Shown: in pieces, positions 59,001 through 64,000 of the stretch
How the letters are laid out: the number at the start of each line of letters is the position of its first letter
Position numbering within the stretch: the first letter of the stretch is position 1
Source: Tubiluchus corallicola
Taxonomy: Eukaryota > Animalia > Priapulida
Length of the DNA: 64,000 bases
Assembly: GCA_030141605.1 (NCBI GenBank)
Contig: JAQGDQ010002367.1
Span: 806,001-870,000 of the forward strand
Direction: 5' to 3'
Program-made: the position numbers and the translations under genes
Notes under the pieces: model-generated
The model's input: only the letters and a program-made list of their open reading frames with translations
What the model was told of the DNA's origin: nothing
Databases searched by the model: none

Positions 59001-62000
59001 AAATAAGAATTTGTTCGTACTTGATTACAACGAGGCCCATCAATATTATTGCGACAGTTACACATGCCTGTTCTTTTATCACAACCATCATTAGTTGCAC
59101 CACCCCGATCACAGTCACACTTTTTACATCCATCTGGATCTGTTGCATCTAAATTGTAGAAGTTATCTAGACATTCATTGCATTGGCGTCCACCCACATT
59201 AACTTTGCAAGCACACTGTCCTGTTGTAGAATTACAGTCAGTGCTACCACCTATCGCTCCTGCCGTGTTACACCTACATGGTTCACAGCCTGCTGGATTG
59301 TCTATATCTAATTTGAAGTAACCTTCTTTGCATAAATCACATTTTGATCCAATGACATTATCCTTGCAAAAGCAATTGCCTGGGTTCATGTTGTGCACTT
59401 GCTGTTCTTCAATGTCTCTAACGCATTGACCAGTTAATATGTTCAAGCTTGGATTTCCCTGTTTAATTCCAGCAAAGTTGCAGTTACATGGTTCGCAGGC
59501 ATTGATGTCTGATTGCACTCGACCCAAAGGTCGATAATACAGCTCTGTACATTTCTCGCAGTTAATGCCTGTTGTGTTGTGTTGACAGTTGACACAAACG
59601 CCACCACCTTCGTATTGTCCATTAGCACTAAGACTCATCAATTGTTCTTCAACTTCACTCCTGTACTCACATGATGCTGCATGACCATAACATTCGCATT
59701 CTTGACAAGCCTGTCCTTCAACAAAAGCAAACTGGTTGAACAAAGGCAGGCATTCGTTGCATGATTTACCTCCTGTATTTCCTCCACAAATACATTCATA
59801 TTTTCCTGTCAACTCATTGGGCTCACAACCTAATTCTTGTCCATTACAAACACATTCAGCAAAGATTTCCAATTCACGCACAGTAAAATGTTGGAATAAG
59901 TCACCCCTTGCTCCCTCTGTAAGTTCCATGTCAAAGAATTTAACCCGTATCTGCTGAGCTGCAGTCCAATCTGGTATAGTAACATCATTAAAATCTAGTA
60001 TTAAAATTTCATCACGATTGGCTGGTGTAGGTAGGGTGTACTCACGGCAAATAACTTCGTTAACTCGGCTGGGAAGGAACAGTTCTTGTACATTGAAGGC
60101 ATCTTCACAGTCTGCTGCATCAGTAACCATGTGTGCCCAAGGTCTGAAAAATTAATAACAATAATAATAATAATAATGCACTAAAATGATGTGGTATATT
60201 AGTATGAGATGCTTATTAGCATCAACACCACAATGACAGCAATAGCAGCATTAGCAACTTCAGCAACAACACCAGCAGCAACAACTACAGCAGCAGCAGC
60301 AACAACAACAACAATTACAAAAATGGTACTGGTGATTATACGGCAAGAACATTAACAATGTTCGTGTTAATCACGATGGTCATCATTTCTTCTCGTCAAT
60401 TTCTAATGCATCCTAAGTGAATAATAAGTTTTTCAATGCTGCCTTTGGCTACTTATCTCTTTGAGTGAGCCAAGGCACACCTCTGTTATAATGGCTCATT
60501 AAAGGATTGTTTTTAGACAAATATTTCCGTAATTTCCCTTAGAAGAAATGCTTCTTACCTGAATCGTCTCCCATTATCAACAGTTTTTTCTACTGTCAGA
60601 CGCCCTGGACGTTTGGAATCATACATTTTTATTATTATTTCTTTCACGCGAAATTCTTGCTCTAGGTCAATTTGAATAACAGATTCTGGTCCTGGTCGGG
60701 AAAATCCTCTTTCACGGAGTCGAGATCTTGAAGCACTTTGCCAAAATGTGTTGCGATCTCCGTCAACCATGAATCGGGGTGGATGAGACTGAAAGCGTGA
60801 TGCAGCGTCACATACTTCCACAACACGTAGTGATTCGGCTTGCAAGACTTCAAAGTGACGATAGAATTCTTCTGGACCATCTAATCCGCATGTGACCTCC
60901 GCCGTGATTGGGCGACCTAATGCCATGTTGACAGGGATATTTTGAGCTAGTGCCTTTATCCAGAAAATGCCAAAGATTAGTATTATGATCGCCCAATGCA
61001 TTTTTAACAGATATGAGAAATTGTTTGTTTTGTATATCACACACAACAACTGCACATCATAGTCCTGTAGTGTTTGAAATATGTGTCTTCTATTGCCAGT
61101 GCTGCATAAATAGCTTTGCTAATGGTATAAAGAATCTATATATTATGTACAGGTCACAGCTGTTATGTGTCACTGCTCCTTTAGTGAAACAGAATTGTCA
61201 GATAGCTATGATGTACTTGTAACACCTGGATCAGATGTCATAAATGAAATATTTATTATCACATTTTAGGAAGATTTAGATAATTTTATTTTCACAACAG
61301 TCACTTGCATATTACCACTTTGAATAAAACAGAAACATAAAATAATAACTATTACTTTTTTGCAAATTGATGTTTCAGCAAACTTCAATATAAAAAATAG
61401 CAATGAATGTTGTGAGTAGAAGGGAAGAGCAAAGCTTTCGAACCCTTCCCTCGAGTGAGGTGCTATATCGTGTTAATGAAGACAATGATTCAAGACAAAT
61501 ATACTGACTTACTTAAGTTCACAAAGGATGCCGTGTAGCAGCATCAAAAAGTACATTATTCTTGATTAATCAAGAATTATAAAAATGAATAAAACTGTCT
61601 TCTTACAAGATTACGTTGCAAAAATCAAATGAGATGCCGTTTCTGTAGGTCAACCATAGGTAATAAATGACTTACCAACTTAACAAGCCTTATTAAAGTG
61701 CTCAGTTTGAATGAATTCAAGTGGGTTTACATTATATCGTATGAGAAGTGAGACTTTGTAATAGATGCAATTTTCTTTTAATGTGTTAAAAACCTTCAAT
61801 GAAATTTGAAATTATAACAACATTATTGCCAATGCAAAACTGCTGTTTGAAGTTTAATAGGCAATTTCTTTTGCTATGTAGCTCATAGACACAAAATTAA
61901 AAAAGGCATAGCATCGAGGACTGGCAAAAAACGTTGTTCAAAAAAATTATCGTGAATGTCTAATCGTGAATTATCGATAAATGAATCAATGCAATTTTTT

Positions 62001-64000
62001 TTAATGGAACATGCATTTTTTGTGTGCTTAATGAATATGTATTGCACTTCAAATAAAATTCATTGGAAGTTTCTTGACTTTCTTTATAGGTATTGAACTT
62101 TCAAACAAACTGTCCAAGCTGCAATGCGCCAGCTGAAACGCACATGAAAGTTGTAGGTTTGTATGCCTTTAAATTAAATCCATAGTATCATTTAATATAT
62201 TTTGTGTAATTAGTGAACATGACATGCGTCATGCGTATAATGCAATACAGTTGATGTACTTTATTATTCATTTTTATTTTGTTTAGCATAACTAAATATC
62301 ATTTTGAGTCCTATATTCATCAAAAATATGAGATGCAGATATAATGATGTCTTGTGAAACACTTTTTAATAAGCACTGCCTTCACCCTCACATGAACAAA
62401 CAAATATTTAATTCTATGCTACTTCAGACGAAGCGCCTGTTGAATGAATAAACAGCTATATTTTAAAATTTACTCTACTTTATGTTTGTCAGAGAAACAT
62501 CGCTAATGGGGATCGCAGTCCTAATAATGTACTGTATTATTTTTAATGACAACATATACCTGAAACACATATTAACTTTGTGCTGTTGTTCAGGATTTTT
62601 TTATTTTGCAGCTATTCCACATTTTAAGGAAGTCATCGTCATGGCAACCAACTGTGAGGCATGTGGGCATCGAACGAATGAAGTGAAATCTGGAGCCGGA
62701 ATTTCACCTCGTGGTTCACGAATATCGTTGCTTTTGAAAAACCCGGTTGACTTAACACGTGATGTTTTGAAAGTAGGTTCTTACAATCATTTTGGAGTAG
62801 GTTTTTTTAGTTCATCCATAAATGAAATTCACATATGAGTCATATACCATTACTGAAAAAATTAAAAAATGATTGACAAAGATTTTATTTTTTATGATGA
62901 TGCTTTACATAAATTTAACTTCATTAGTCTAGAAAATCGTAGGCAAAAATTAATTTGTACTTTTGCTTCTAACAATAGACACTTGCTTCCTTTTTACAGG
63001 TTAGTGTGAACAACCAAATTAATCACAATTCTAATAAATCACTTATGCCTAAAATTTGAATAGAATGCTACAAACATTCAGCAATGCCTGTCGTAATAGC
63101 CGTTCCACAGTTTTGTCGTGCACACGCGCTGTTGCTATAGATCAAAGGTTAAGTGTACCACAGCAATGCCGCTTAACTACAACTGTCATTAGTCTGTGCA
63201 TAGATCGATTTACTAGTAGCATCTTGCTTGGGAACAAGAAAAAAATAAACTGGGTGAAATTCTGTTGTTAAAACTGTTAAAGCTGTTAAAACTGTTACTA
63301 TTACGACATGTATCATAGGCTGCGAGGCGTTGTCAAGTGTACATAAATGCGTTGCCTGGTACACTTAACCTTTGACCTTTTCACAATCATCATCAATTGC
63401 TGGAACTGTGAAAAGGCTTATTAAGACTATAACTAGAAGCACCAATTTTTAAAAATTATATTAAACAAATTTATTGTCACAATTGTTTTATAACTGTTTT
63501 ACTGTCTTTATCACAGTACTTTGTGACAACAATTTTTCAATGCTTTTTTATAGACAATATTTCCTAAATAATTTATGTTTTAGTATTTAATCACTTTTTT
63601 GTCTTCTTTATTTCATTACATTCAAACCTTATATTCAGTTTATTACTGCTGTAGTGTGACTGTTAATAAAACTCATTGTTCATTTATTATTTATCATTTG
63701 CAATCTTTGATGTAGACTGTTTCATACTAATGTGCAAACATTATGTTAGTGAAAACAAAATTTATCACATTGGGTAAATCTATAGCTATTTAAAAAATCT
63801 CCAAATCTTTACGTACATTATTTTTGTTGTGAAGAAACTATGCGTAATTGAACGCATTTAACTATTGCTTGTTTAGAAATTCAGCTATGCAGTGTGAAGC
63901 ATTAAATTACAATGTCACATTAGTAATAAAAGTGATTTGCTTACAGTCAGACACATGTGCTTTGGAGGTACCTGAACTGCAGCTGGAGCTATCAATGGGA
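41086..64000 (+). CDS. ZPR1: Zinc finger protein ZPR1 (3' end beyond the window)
   Basis: Exons 41086-41193 (..[12 protein letters not shown]), 42330-42491 ([27 protein letters not shown]), 42947-43037, 44638-44708 (LTTVEGIL), 45731-45817, 46877-46999 (LDDPSGNS), 48211-48279, 62090-62156 (FQTNCPSC), 62612-62772 ([23 protein letters not shown]) and 63947->64000. Two C4 zinc ribbons; all junctions GT-AG and in phase. Confidence 0.96.
41218..42179. mobile_element. Non-autonomous DNA transposon with TGT...ACA termini, 38-bp TIRs and 5-bp TSD (Ginger2/TDD-like)
   Basis: Left TIR tgtagggcgccgagtaacccattagccgaagtaggaca; the right end matches its reverse complement with 2 mismatches. TSD GTTAG at 41213-41217 and 42180-42184; ~30-bp subterminal repeats cctacttgggc at 42054-42155. 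Confidence 0.85.
46630..46818 (-). mobile_element. tRNA-derived SINE remnant
   Basis: Minus strand shows an A-box TGGCTGAGTTGG and a B-box GGTTCGATATC, followed by a non-tRNA body. Confidence 0.5.
49547..61001 (-). CDS. LAMA: Laminin subunit alpha (alpha3/5-type-like), ~3002 aa, nested in a ZPR1 intron
   Basis: Exons 61001-60559 (signal peptide [19 protein letters not shown] + LN), 60143-56009 (LN end, 5 LE, LF, 4 LE, L4, ~6 LE, CEQC coiled-coil start), 54511-54290, 53865-53728 and 53617-49547 (coiled coil + LG1-3, PT-rich hinge, LG4-5, TGA). GT-AG introns of phase 2,0,0,0 give one continuous frame. Confidence 0.95.
54613..54688. repeat. 28-bp tandem repeat x ~2.7 in laminin intron
   Basis: acaaagaacagagtaagtagagaacaga-like units at 54613, 54641 and 54669. 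Confidence 0.8.
55365..55600 (-). mobile_element. tRNA-derived SINE
   Basis: Minus strand: A-box CAGCTCAATGG, B-box GGTTCAACTCC, body gtcataccaaggacttcaaaaatggtacc, ending next to a (TTA)n tail. Confidence 0.65.
60153..60320. repeat. (AAT)n and (CAG/CAA)n simple repeats in laminin intron 1
   Basis: Directly visible low-complexity trinucleotide runs. Confidence 0.8.

Noticed and set aside
49896-59957. Many short plus-strand and alternative-frame ORFs over the laminin exons
   Set aside because: Shadow ORFs of a long coding sequence with no recognisable domains.

Overview
AT-rich, intron-rich animal genomic DNA, probably from a marine invertebrate; nothing in it looks prokaryotic. Five spliced genes can be assembled by hand with phase-consistent splice sites. 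(1) The 5' part of an SLC13 Na+/carboxylate-sulfate cotransporter (- strand). It has a GC-AG first coding intron, a 35-bp array that multiplies its exon-2 splice donor, and a long cytoplasmic loop with tandem RxRxxT motifs. (2) CCDC92-like (+). (3) A two-exon tandem-GNAT (YitH-like) acetyltransferase (-). (4) ZPR1 (+), which runs off the right end. (5) A complete ~3000-aa laminin alpha chain (-) with only 5 coding exons, nested in a 13.8-kb ZPR1 intron and with an unusually compact short arm. Introns and intergenic DNA hold a truncated Gypsy-like LTR element, two decayed LINEs, a hAT MITE with an 8-bp TSD, a TGT..ACA element with a 5-bp TSD, a ~730-bp palindrome with a relic hammerhead ribozyme, and tRNA- and 5S-related SINE remnants. 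Family assignments come from motif recognition, not database searches.
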